Shown: positions 10,472-18,054, numbered from the stretch's first letter. The stretch is DNA of 24,000 nucleotides from Klebsiella sp. BIGb0407 (GCF_024807845.1 NZ_JANUEQ010000001.1:962900-986899); one strand, 5' to 3'. Notes: a model not told the origin generated them from the sequence alone. Translations and numbers: made by a program.

Positions 10472-10998
10472 TCCGCTGATGGACGCACCAGCATACGGAC
10501 CTTTTTATTATGGTATTCCACATAATGCCTGAACCGGAATCCCATACGTTCAGCCAGACGAATCGAAGGTTGGTTTTCATCATCGATAATGCAGCATACC
10601 GGTCCGGCAAAGGTGCTGTCTGCCCATGTGAGGACAGCCGTCAAGGCTTCTGTCGCAAACCCCTGCCCGGTGGCGGTCGGGCTAAGTGTCCACCCTGCTT
10701 CCGGATATTCCAGAGCAGGTGTCAGATTTCGCTTCTGGTTCTGAATCCCCACAGTGCCGATAAGCAGACCACTGTCTTTTTCACAGACCGCCCAGTAGCC
10801 ATATCCGAGAAGCTGCCAGTGTCCGATATAGCGCAGTAATCGTCCCCAGCTCATCTCACTGTCCTGCGGCTGTCCGCTACCAATATATCTGACGGTGTCC
10901 GGGCTCGCCCAGCACGCCACCAGCGCAGCATAATCATCGAGGGTTAACTGGCGTAACCGTAATCTTGCGGTTTCCAGAGTCGGGGCCTGAGTCAGCAT
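10468..10998 (-). CDS. GNAT N-acetyltransferase, RimJ/RimL-like (Acetyltransf_3 type)
   Basis: 176-aa ORF. The N-terminal LETARLRLRQLTLDD is the typical RimJ/RimL-family opening, and a Q/RxxGxG/A-like acetyl-CoA loop (TGQGFATEAL) is present. Good SD (AAGGAA, 6-nt spacer). Lies 18 nt downstream of the MFS gene on the same strand. Confidence 0.8.
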   Translation of the reverse strand: MLTQAPTLETARLRLRQLTLDDYAALVACWASPDTVRYIGSGQPQDSEMSWGRLLRYIGHWQLLGYGYWAVCEKDSGLLIGTVGIQNQKRNLTPALEYPEAGWTLSPTATGQGFATEALTAVLTWADSTFAGPVCCIIDDENQPSIRLAERMGFRFRHYVEYHNKKVRMLVRPSAD

Positions 10999-11016
10999 AA
11001 ACTGTTCCTTTTAGGG

Positions 11017-12276
11017 TTATTCCTGAAGTCGTTTTTGAATGCCGGTACGCGAATAGAACATAATTATTCCCAGCAACGAACTGAAGAATAATGTACCCAG
11101 AAATACGCCGGAGCCCGTTAAGGTAAGTAATACCCCACCGATTAAGGGACCGATAGCTATTCCCAGCGTCTGGAGCGATGAAGCGCCCATATAAGCACCC
11201 CGATGCTCAGCGGGGGCCAGTTGATCCAACAGAATATTGAGGTTTGGCATCAGAATAGCCTCTCCGATACTGAAAACTACCGTGACACTGAACCATAACA
11301 CCGGATCAGTATTACCGATTGCCAGAAAGCCCAGCTGTGACAGTGCAAAAATGCTGCTGCCGAGTAAAATACGTTTCGATATCGCCATCTGAGCCAGTAG
11401 GCGGACTAAAAATAGCTGTGCTATCAATACAGTACTGGCATTCGTCACAAGAATTAAGGTTATCAGTGGAACCGCTGACTCAGCATCAAGCATCATCAGA
11501 TAAAGCGGCACTACCGCCTCATAATGGACAAAAACGATAGAGCACAAAATACTACACAGCAAAGCGGCAATAAACAGTTTGTCACGGGCGATTACCATTA
11601 GCACGACACGCAACGGCACCGGAGCTTCAAGACTGCCACCCGCAGAAGCCATTCTTCCCTTAGGAACAAACAGCAATAACCAGACCAAAAAGGGTAAATA
11701 ACTTAATGCGGTGATCAGAAAGGTTCCTTTCTGGGATGTCAGTCCCCAGGCGATACCCACCAGTGGTCCGGTCACAGCTCCGAGGTTAATCAGGTAATAA
11801 CGAATTTGCAGCGCCAGCGCGCGACGTCGTTTATCACCCAGCAAATCGCTCATTAAGGCACGCATCGGCGGATCAACCCAGGCAAAACAGACGCCAACTG
11901 TCAGCAATCCAGCAATAAATAGTCCCATATTGCTGGCCAGTGCCAGTAAGGCATAACCCACAAAGGAAAAAGCACAGCCAAGGGATAAAATACCCCGTCG
12001 CCCCAGACTATCCGATATTTTCCCACCATAAATACCCAGAACTACAGCCAGTAAGGCACTACCTGTCATCGATATACCAATAGATATCGGAGACATTTGA
12101 TAGTCACGGGTCATAATAATGCCGAGAAACGGCCAGGCCATAAAATAGCTGAAACGGATAACCAGAGTAAAAAACAGTAGCATCACAACAGTGACTGGAA
12201 AAGTTTTTACGGTTTGAATAAATGTCGGTGCTGCAACGCTAGCGCGTGCAGATTCAGTGCTCATAGGGCATCCCAT
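11017..12276 (-). CDS. MFS transporter (12-TM, DHA1/MdtH-like)
   Basis: 419-aa hydrophobic ORF with MFS motif A (GGKISDSLGRRGIL) between TM2 and TM3 and a second-half motif (APAEHRGAYMG). Overall resemblance to MdtH/YceL-type exporters. The start is ambiguous between ATG 12276 and ATG 12264. Confidence 0.85.
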   Translation of the reverse strand: MGCPMSTESARASVAAPTFIQTVKTFPVTVVMLLFFTLVIRFSYFMAWPFLGIIMTRDYQMSPISIGISMTGSALLAVVLGIYGGKISDSLGRRGILSLGCAFSFVGYALLALASNMGLFIAGLLTVGVCFAWVDPPMRALMSDLLGDKRRRALALQIRYYLINLGAVTGPLVGIAWGLTSQKGTFLITALSYLPFLVWLLLFVPKGRMASAGGSLEAPVPLRVVLMVIARDKLFIAALLCSILCSIVFVHYEAVVPLYLMMLDAESAVPLITLILVTNASTVLIAQLFLVRLLAQMAISKRILLGSSIFALSQLGFLAIGNTDPVLWFSVTVVFSIGEAILMPNLNILLDQLAPAEHRGAYMGASSLQTLGIAIGPLIGGVLLTLTGSGVFLGTLFFSSLLGIIMFYSRTGIQKRLQE

Positions 12277-12472
12277 TGCTGATTAAATCGATTAATCCTC
12301 CCTTATCTGGCAGGTCGTATAATAGATTTAAAATGTTTAGCAACAGATCGCAATATAAATATAATGACGTTGTTTAATTCGCCAGCTTCGGGGTTTAATG
12401 GTTGTTAATTCAGCTAAAAATATTAATTCTTTGTTACCTGGATCTCATTTTTAGCGATTAATACTGCTATTA

Positions 12473-12559
12473 CAAAAAACCTTGGCCGACTGCCGGGAAA
12501 AATGGCTGTCAGCCAAATAAAAATCGGGTTATTTATCCACGTTACGCGAATAAATAACC
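12473..12559 (-). terminator. Tandem stem-loop terminators downstream of the SulP gene
   Basis: First: a 10-bp AT-rich stem, GGTTATTTAT (12527-12536) pairing with ATAAATAACC (12550-12559), followed on the minus strand by CGATTTTTAT. Second: an imperfect 13-bp stem (12482-12494 with 12504-12516, 2 mismatches), followed on the minus strand by GGTTTTTTGT. Confidence 0.55.
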
Positions 12560-12567
12560 TCCGTTTA

Positions 12568-14064
12568 TTATAATTTACCGGTTAAGCGCTGATGGAAATC
12601 GGTACTACGGTTATCAAGACCTATTATTTCTACCTCGGTCTGATAACGCTTATAACGCGTGGTGACTGTATCGAGTATAGCCACGGTTGATGCATCCCAG
12701 ATTTGCGCATGAGTCAGATCAATAATTACCCGCGATGGGTCATCGGCATACTGAAAGTGTTCAACCAGGTCGTTGCTACTGGCAAAAAATAGCGGGCCAC
12801 GAATTTCATAAGTCACCGAGTCACCCTCTGGCGACAGCTGACGCTTCGCTTTTACAACATGAGCAATACGGCGAGCAAACAGTATCATGGCAAAAATAAC
12901 CCCACCGAGCACGCCGAGCGCCAGGTTATCGGTAGAGACCGTAATCGCCACCGTGACCAGCATAACCAGCGTCTCTGAGAGCGGCATCCGACGTAACATC
13001 GACGGGGCAATATTGTGCCAGTTGAGTGTTTTCACCGCGACAATCATCATGATCCCGGCCAGTACCACCATCGGGATTTTGGCCATGACTTCACTTAATG
13101 CGGTAACCAACAGCAGTAATACAATGGCAGCAGAGAGCGTGGACAGTCGGGTTCGCCCTCTCCCCAGTTCGACGTTAACCATCGTCTGGCCTATCATCGC
13201 GCAACCCGCAATCCCCCCATAGAATCCGGCAAAAATGTTTCCCACCCCTAAGCCCCAGCATTCACGCCGTTTGCTGGAAGGCGTATCGGTCATGGCATCA
13301 ACCAATTTGGCGGTCAATAGTGACTCCATCAAGCCGACAAAGGCGATACTCAGGGCGCAAGGCCAGATGATACTCAGAGTGGTTAAGTTGAGCGGTACCA
13401 GTAACTCAGTGAACCCTGGCAGACCCGGTTTCATCCCGCCAATATCTTTTACCATCGGGACTGTCCAGCCCATAACAAGGACGACAGTGGTTATCAGCAC
13501 CACGGCAACGAGCGGAGCAGGAATAGACTTCAGAACTCTGGGCAACAGTAAAACGATGACCAGCGTGACCGCCAGAAGCCCCCAAATAAGCGGCCCTTTT
13601 CCCCAGACGTGCGGCATTTGGGCAAAGAAGATCAGAATCGCCAGGGCATTCACAAATCCGTTCATCACTGAGAGGGGGATGTAGCGCATCATTCGCGCCA
13701 GCCCTGTGATACCAAACAGTATTTGAATCACCCCGGCCAGTACCACGGCGGGTAAAATATAGCCGACACCATGAAGCTGTACCAAAGGAGCAATCACCAG
13801 TGCGACGGAGCCGGCAGCAGCCGTCACCATCGCCGGGCGTCCACCCAGTATTGATAGGGTAAAACACAATACAATCGAGGCTATCAGACTCACCTTAGGG
13901 TCAACGCCTGCAATCACGGAAAAAGAGATAACCTCAGGGATCAGTGCCAGGGCAGTGATGACCCCAGCCAGTATTTCCCGCTGTATCAAACGCGGCGAAC
14001 GTAACACACTGCGGAGACTATTCTCTTCGGCATGCCGGGTAGTAATGTGGGCGTGTTTTGTCAT
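12568..14064 (-). CDS. SulP-family anion transporter with C-terminal STAS domain
   Basis: Polytopic membrane protein with SulP-type N-terminal helices (REILAGVITALALIPEVISFSVIAGV) and a C-terminal STAS-like domain (YEIRGPLFFASSNDLVEHF...VIIDLTHAQIWDASTVAILD). The ORF track starts at GTG 14103. I prefer ATG 14064 (MTKHAH...), but neither start has a clear SD. Confidence 0.85.
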   Translation of the reverse strand: MTKHAHITTRHAEENSLRSVLRSPRLIQREILAGVITALALIPEVISFSVIAGVDPKVSLIASIVLCFTLSILGGRPAMVTAAAGSVALVIAPLVQLHGVGYILPAVVLAGVIQILFGITGLARMMRYIPLSVMNGFVNALAILIFFAQMPHVWGKGPLIWGLLAVTLVIVLLLPRVLKSIPAPLVAVVLITTVVLVMGWTVPMVKDIGGMKPGLPGFTELLVPLNLTTLSIIWPCALSIAFVGLMESLLTAKLVDAMTDTPSSKRRECWGLGVGNIFAGFYGGIAGCAMIGQTMVNVELGRGRTRLSTLSAAIVLLLLVTALSEVMAKIPMVVLAGIMMIVAVKTLNWHNIAPSMLRRMPLSETLVMLVTVAITVSTDNLALGVLGGVIFAMILFARRIAHVVKAKRQLSPEGDSVTYEIRGPLFFASSNDLVEHFQYADDPSRVIIDLTHAQIWDASTVAILDTVTTRYKRYQTEVEIIGLDNRSTDFHQRLTGKL

Positions 14065-14282
14065 AATTAAATACAGCGTTAAGGTGTCAGATACACGCCC
14101 CACAGGGCAGTGTATAAAGAAGGAAACAGAGTGTAATACCCGCCCTGTTTTGAAGCGAGCTTTTCAGCACGCGAAGGCATTTTGTGGTAGCACGAGGTGA
14201 TGTTTTTTTAATCCTCGGCTATTTTTCAGAGTTTGTTATACTCAAACCAGGACAAAATATTTACTAGTACAGGAGCAGGATT

Positions 14283-14510
14283 ATGCAAGAAGGCATTCGT
14301 CGAAGTTGTCACAGAATCGGACTGGCAGTCGGATTCTTATGTTTTCTGTGTTTTTCATTACTGTTAATGGGTGAAATTAATGCCGGTGCGCCGGGTAGTA
14401 TCTCACCCTGGTATTTTGTACTGGCCGCGACATTATCTATTTTTGTCTACTGCGCTTTCCGTTTGCTTGGGTGGCTAATCCAGAGTTTTTTCCCACAACA
14501 TGGTCGTTAG
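14283..14510 (+). CDS. Hypothetical 75-aa membrane protein (two predicted TM helices)
   Basis: Strong SD (AGGAGCAGGATT-ATG) and an extended -10-like TGTTATACT about 45 bp upstream. Two hydrophobic segments (IGLAVGFLCFLCFSLLLMG and WYFVLAATLSIFVYCAF). I recognise no homolog. Confidence 0.5.
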   Translation: MQEGIRRSCHRIGLAVGFLCFLCFSLLLMGEINAGAPGSISPWYFVLAATLSIFVYCAFRLLGWLIQSFFPQHGR

Positions 14511-14629
14511 CTGACAGCAACATTCGTTTTTTTAATAAAATTATTTTATAAAAAATATAAATTTTTCGGGTAATACAATATAAATAAGTGCGTGTTCACA
14601 TCAACCCGACGGTTTCTGGAGAGGAAAAA

Positions 14630-14725
14630 ATGAAAATCGGATATCTGTTCCCGGCTGCAATTATCGTGGCAGCTGTAGTATTTATTGCATGGTTCATTAT
14701 TGGCGGCTACGCAACTTCACGATGA
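14630..14725 (+). CDS. 31-aa small membrane protein, YoaK-like
   Basis: Not in the ORF track because it is below the size cutoff. A GGAGAGG SD lies 5-6 nt before the ATG. My manual translation is MKIGYLFPAAIIVAAVVFIAWFIIGGYATSR. This closely resembles the E. coli small protein YoaK as I recall it (MRIGIIFPVVIFITAVVFLAWFFIGGYAAPGA). Confidence 0.6.
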   Translation: MKIGYLFPAAIIVAAVVFIAWFIIGGYATSR

Positions 14726-14818
14726 GTCATGGAAACGAAATATGGCTGGTTTAGATTGAGTATGAAAATTTCGGGGATTTTCGCGAGCTGATGAAAAACA
14801 CCAATAAAAACAATAAAT

Positions 14819-14919
14819 AAAAAAAAGACCAAACACGAGTCCTGTGTTCGGTCCAGGGAAATGGCTCTTCTGAGAGCCGTGCGCTAAAAACTGTTTGTAT
14901 CCGTCAGACTTGAAGTTGC
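14819..14919 (-). ncRNA. sdsR: SdsR (RyeB) Hfq-dependent, sigma-S-controlled sRNA
   Basis: Minus strand reads ...UUUUUAGCGCACGGCUCUCAGAAGAGCCAUUUCCCUGGACCGAACACAGGACUCGUGUUUGGUCUUUUUUUU. This matches the conserved SdsR core and terminator known from E. coli and Salmonella. The terminator-stem changes are compensatory (AAUAC/GUAUU becomes AACAC/GUGUU). Same position and strand relative to yebY as in E. coli. The 5' end is approximate (about +/-10 nt). Confidence 0.85.
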
Positions 14920-15098
14920 AAGTACCCTGGCGGATATAAATACATTTCGTCGTTCATAAATAAAGCATAGATGAACAATGTAATTTTTCCAGTTTCCGAA
15001 GAAAATAACGCAAAAAAAACCATTTCCACTATTTTATCAGTCATGGAAACAGCAACAGATTCCTGAGCTTAGTGCTGTTTCCCGACAAGAATTTTTAG

Positions 15099-15446
15099 CT
15101 ACGCTTTTTTGCACAGCGTCTGAGCACGCTCAACAAAAGGCTCCAGGCTCATTTTCTCCCCCGGATTATCAGGCGAGTCGATAAGAATAACGGATATCGG
15201 TTGCCCTTTCGTCATGCCACTCAGCATCTGTTCTTCCGCGACTTCATTAAGCGGGTATTGCATTAAGGTGCCCGGATTAATCACAAATAGAGCATTACCG
15301 CCACGGCAAGTTAACATGACCTCCTCGCGATTAAAGGCCCATTTATCCTTCCCTATCTCGAAGCGACTTACAGTAATGACATTCGGTGCTGCCAGTGCTG
15401 TACTGGTGCTGGCAAGCAGGGCTAAAGCTAAAATAATTTTTTTCAT
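15099..15446 (-). CDS. yebY: YebY (DUF2511) periplasmic protein, third gene of the yobA-yebZ-yebY operon
   Basis: 115-aa ORF with a signal peptide ([19 protein letters not shown]). Lies 27 nt downstream of yebZ on the same strand, and synteny is conserved. Confidence 0.88.
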   Translation of the reverse strand: MKKIILALALLASTSTALAAPNVITVSRFEIGKDKWAFNREEVMLTCRGGNALFVINPGTLMQYPLNEVAEEQMLSGMTKGQPISVILIDSPDNPGEKMSLEPFVERAQTLCKKA

Positions 15447-15473
15447 CAGTCTCTCGTATACCCTAAGTTACTA

Positions 15474-16352
15474 TCAGAATGGTTCCTGGGTTGCAAACAG
15501 GCTAACCAGCAGTAATACCACTGCTGATAATATGATTTCCAGCCAGGTCAGCCGGATAAACCGCTGCTTTGCCAGGGCTGAATGGTTAAACTTCGGTACC
15601 AGCCAGTAACGATTAATCAATGCCAGAATAACCATCACCCCAACCAGTACAATCTTAAGCAACAGAAAACGAAAATAGTTACTCTCTAAGGGAATATTCC
15701 AGCCCAAAATTAGCAAACTATTCATGATGCCACTCATGATGACAGCGGCAACAGCCAGATGACCATAACGGGAAAATCGCATCATGGACTCAATAGCGGT
15801 ATCACTCCAGGCGATTTTACGCGCCAGCCACATACAGACTAATAATGGCAGCAGCCCACCCACCCAGAACGCGGCACTCAGCAAATGAACCGCATGGTTA
15901 ACCCGGTGAAGAATACCTGTTAAGCCAGTATGCAAGGTGGAATGCCCGACACAAGCCAGTAAAATTAGCTGCAAAAAAGTCAATAACAGCAGATATTCTT
16001 GCATCTTCCGCGGGCGAACAACTGACACCACGGCACTTGCCAGAGCAAAAGCCAGAAGCCAGATCCAGACGCCGCCAAATTGCGTCCCCAGTACGGCTAT
16101 CCAGACAGCAGGACTTATCACATCCATCCAGCCATCGCCCATCAACCCTGCCTGCAGACAAAGTAACAGGCAGGCGCTCATCAGTGAGATATCAACTGCA
16201 AGACGCCAGACAGCCTGTAGACGTTGTACTAGCATCTCTCGCAAACGCCCTGGCGCTAATAGCACACTATAAGTTGTGCAGCCAAATAACAGCATCAGTG
16301 ACGTAAAGTGGACAAAACGCAGCCCAATATAGCAGGCGGAAAGCATCGTCAT
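15474..16352 (-). CDS. yebZ: CopD-family inner-membrane copper-resistance protein YebZ
   Basis: 292-aa polytopic membrane ORF. Its start codon overlaps the yobA stop (TAATG), indicating translational coupling. This is the conserved CopC-CopD pairing. Confidence 0.9.
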   Translation of the reverse strand: MTMLSACYIGLRFVHFTSLMLLFGCTTYSVLLAPGRLREMLVQRLQAVWRLAVDISLMSACLLLCLQAGLMGDGWMDVISPAVWIAVLGTQFGGVWIWLLAFALASAVVSVVRPRKMQEYLLLLTFLQLILLACVGHSTLHTGLTGILHRVNHAVHLLSAAFWVGGLLPLLVCMWLARKIAWSDTAIESMMRFSRYGHLAVAAVIMSGIMNSLLILGWNIPLESNYFRFLLLKIVLVGVMVILALINRYWLVPKFNHSALAKQRFIRLTWLEIILSAVVLLLVSLFATQEPF

Positions 16353-16726
16353 TATTTCACAGTGAACTGATAGTTGCCCTTGGTTTTATGACCGTCTACT
16401 GAGACAACATGCCATTCCACCTGGTAGGCACCAGGTGTTAATTTCTCTTCAACCGGGACTATCAGTTGCTTTTCATCCTGAGCACTACGCTGTGCCTTGG
16501 CGGTTTTCACTGTTTTCTTTTCAGGCCCGGTGATTTTGATACCACTAAATCCGGGTTCAATACCTTCAGAGAAATCCAGGGTAATAACTTGCGGGGCAGA
16601 TGTGACTACCGCATCAGAAGCAGGATAATGGCTTTTTAAATGTGCATGGGCGAGCACTTGCGCTGATGTGCCCAGTGCAGTCAGAAAGAGTGCAATCGAA
16701 ACAATACGTTTAGTGGTGACAGCCAT
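16352..16726 (-). CDS. yobA: CopC-family periplasmic copper-binding protein YobA
   Basis: 124-aa ORF with a signal peptide ending ...AHAHL. After cleavage the N-terminus is HAHLKSHYPA, the CopC Cu(II) site. The C-terminus VEWHVVSVDGHKTKGNYQFTVK matches E. coli YobA (VDWHVVSVDGHKTKGHYTFSVK). Confidence 0.93.
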   Translation of the reverse strand: MAVTTKRIVSIALFLTALGTSAQVLAHAHLKSHYPASDAVVTSAPQVITLDFSEGIEPGFSGIKITGPEKKTVKTAKAQRSAQDEKQLIVPVEEKLTPGAYQVEWHVVSVDGHKTKGNYQFTVK

Positions 16727-16823
16727 ATTAACAACGCCTTTTTATTATCAGGTGAAGCGGTGAGAATAACTTCACGGGGATAGCAAGTCGAGTCTGAGAG
16801 CATTTTTGGTACTCAGTATTGTT

Positions 16824-16842
16824 AATGTTATCTGAATGTTAT
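16824..16842. promoter_or_regulatory. Direct repeat AATGTTAT-N3-AATGTTAT (11-bp phasing) in the yobA-holE divergent region
   Basis: Two exact 8-mers at 16824-16831 and 16835-16842. On the minus strand (ATAACATT cag ATAACATT) they overlap a weak -35/-10 candidate for yobA. The binding protein is unknown. Confidence 0.25.
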
Positions 16843-16986
16843 ATTCGGTAAATGGTTCCTGGTCTGGTGTCTGTCTGCATGCTATCTATTACATTTTTAC
16901 CTGGGTAGCTGCGTTTATTGACTGACAAACCTTGTTATCTCTGGAATAAAGCAGTAACTTTTGCCCAGCCTATGTCGGAGAAAATA

Positions 16987-17217
16987 ATGAGCTATAATCT
17001 CGCGGAACTACCATCAGATGAGATGGATAAGCTAAACGTTGACCTGGCCGCAGCAGGTGTCGCGTTTAAAGAACGCTATAATATGCCGGTCATTGCAGAA
17101 GTGGTTGAGCGTGAGCAGCCGCAACCATTGCGTGACTGGTTCAGAGAGCGGCTGGCGATTCATCGCGCAACCTCTGTGAACCTATCCAGACTGCCTTACG
17201 AGCCAAAATTTAAATAA
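16987..17217 (+). CDS. holE: DNA polymerase III theta subunit
   Basis: From ATG 16987 (GGAG SD 7 nt upstream) the product is 76 aa, [44 protein letters not shown]...[13 protein letters not shown]. This matches E. coli HolE (76 aa). The ORF-track start at 16918 (TTG) is an over-extension. Confidence 0.95.
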   Translation: MSYNLAELPSDEMDKLNVDLAAAGVAFKERYNMPVIAEVVEREQPQPLRDWFRERLAIHRATSVNLSRLPYEPKFK

Positions 17218-17317
17218 TTCTCATGAGCGGCTGGTTCTGTTTTTTATTTTGCCAGTGACCAGGACGCTCAACGCCTGACAAGGATAGCAGGCCATACATA
17301 GCAAACGGGAACCAACC

Positions 17318-17986
17318 ATGCTACGTGTTATTGATACCGAAACTTGTGGGTTACAAGGTGGAGTTGTTGAAGTTGCTTCTGTTGATATTGTCGACGGAAA
17401 AATTGTCAATCCAATGAGTGACTTAGTCCGCCCTGACCGCCCTATCAGCCATCAGGCGATGGCTATCCACAACATCACCGAACAGATGGTGGCGGATAAA
17501 CCCTGGATAGAAGAAGTGGTTCCACGTTATCAGGGTAGTGCCTATTATGTGGCACACAATGCCAGTTTCGACAGGCGTATGCTGCCGGAGATAAGCGGAG
17601 ACTGGATCTGTACAGTTAAACTGGCTCGCCGTCTGTGGCCCGGCATAAAATACAGCAATATGGGGCTGTATAAGTCGCTCAAGCTGCAAGTCGATACACC
17701 ACCCGAATTACACCATCACCGGGCATTGTTCGACTGCTATATCACCGCGGCGTTGTTACTGCGTATTATGGACGATTCAGGCTGGTCAGCCGAGCAGATG
17801 GTCGATATTACCGGTCGGCCTGCACTGGTGACGACGCTGACATTCGGTAAATATCGGGGTAAATCGGTCTCTGATATTGCACAGCAGGATCCGGGCTATC
17901 TGCGCTGGATGCTAAATAATATTAAGACATTAACGCCTGAGTTACGCCTGACGCTAAATCACCACCTGGCACAAATCACCTCGTGA
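17318..17986 (+). CDS. exoX: Exodeoxyribonuclease X (DnaQ-like 3'-5' exonuclease)
   Basis: 222-aa ORF. MLR.IDTETCGLQGG.VE.ASVD..DGKIVNPMS.LVRPDRPIS, YVAHNASFDRR.LPE and HHHRAL.DCYITAALL match E. coli ExoX (220 aa). Confidence 0.95.
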   Translation: MLRVIDTETCGLQGGVVEVASVDIVDGKIVNPMSDLVRPDRPISHQAMAIHNITEQMVADKPWIEEVVPRYQGSAYYVAHNASFDRRMLPEISGDWICTVKLARRLWPGIKYSNMGLYKSLKLQVDTPPELHHHRALFDCYITAALLLRIMDDSGWSAEQMVDITGRPALVTTLTFGKYRGKSVSDIAQQDPGYLRWMLNNIKTLTPELRLTLNHHLAQITS

Positions 17987-17995
17987 TAACAAACA

Positions 17996-18030
17996 AACCT
18001 GAGGGGCCAAATGCTGACGCCTCGGGTTTG
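17996..18030. terminator. Bidirectional stem-loop terminator between convergent exoX and yebG
   Basis: AACCTGAGG (17996-18004) pairs with CCTCGGGTT (18020-18028), giving 9 bp including one G-U pair. U-rich tracts follow on both strands (GGGTTTG on plus, GTTTGTTTGTT on minus). Confidence 0.6.
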
Positions 18031-18054
18031 CAGACAACCACAACCAATAACGTT

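Noticed and set aside
12887-13867. Antisense and alternate-frame ORFs (111, 149 and 153 aa) inside the SulP transporter gene
   Set aside because: They overlap a convincing 12-plus-TM SulP/STAS reading frame. Their translations are Arg/Gly/Ser/Thr-rich shadow sequences without start signals.
14725-15050. Identical 12-mer AGTCATGGAAAC at 14725-14736 and 15039-15050, bracketing the SdsR locus like a target-site or att duplication
   Set aside because: A rough expectation for an exact 12-mer recurring within about 400 bp somewhere in a 24-kb window is of order 0.5, so this is not significant on its own. No other mobile-element hallmarks are present.
14729-15066. Additional mini-ORFs near the sRNA locus: METKYGWFRLSMKISGIFAS (14729-14791) and MNNVIFPVSEENNAKKTISTILSVMETATDS (14971-15066)
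   Set aside because: Neither has an SD or hydrophobic or other recognisable character, and both overlap regions likely transcribed as RyeA/SdsR or the yebY 3' UTR.
16817-16845. Possible Zur/Fur-type box in TTAATGTTATCTGAATGTTATATTC
   Set aside because: Zur and Fur boxes are inverted repeats, and this is a direct repeat. It is reported instead as an unassigned direct-repeat element.
16918-16986. ORF-track start of holE at TTG 16918, adding 23 aa
   Set aside because: E. coli HolE is 76 aa. ATG 16987 has a GGAG SD and gives exactly 76 aa with end-to-end similarity.
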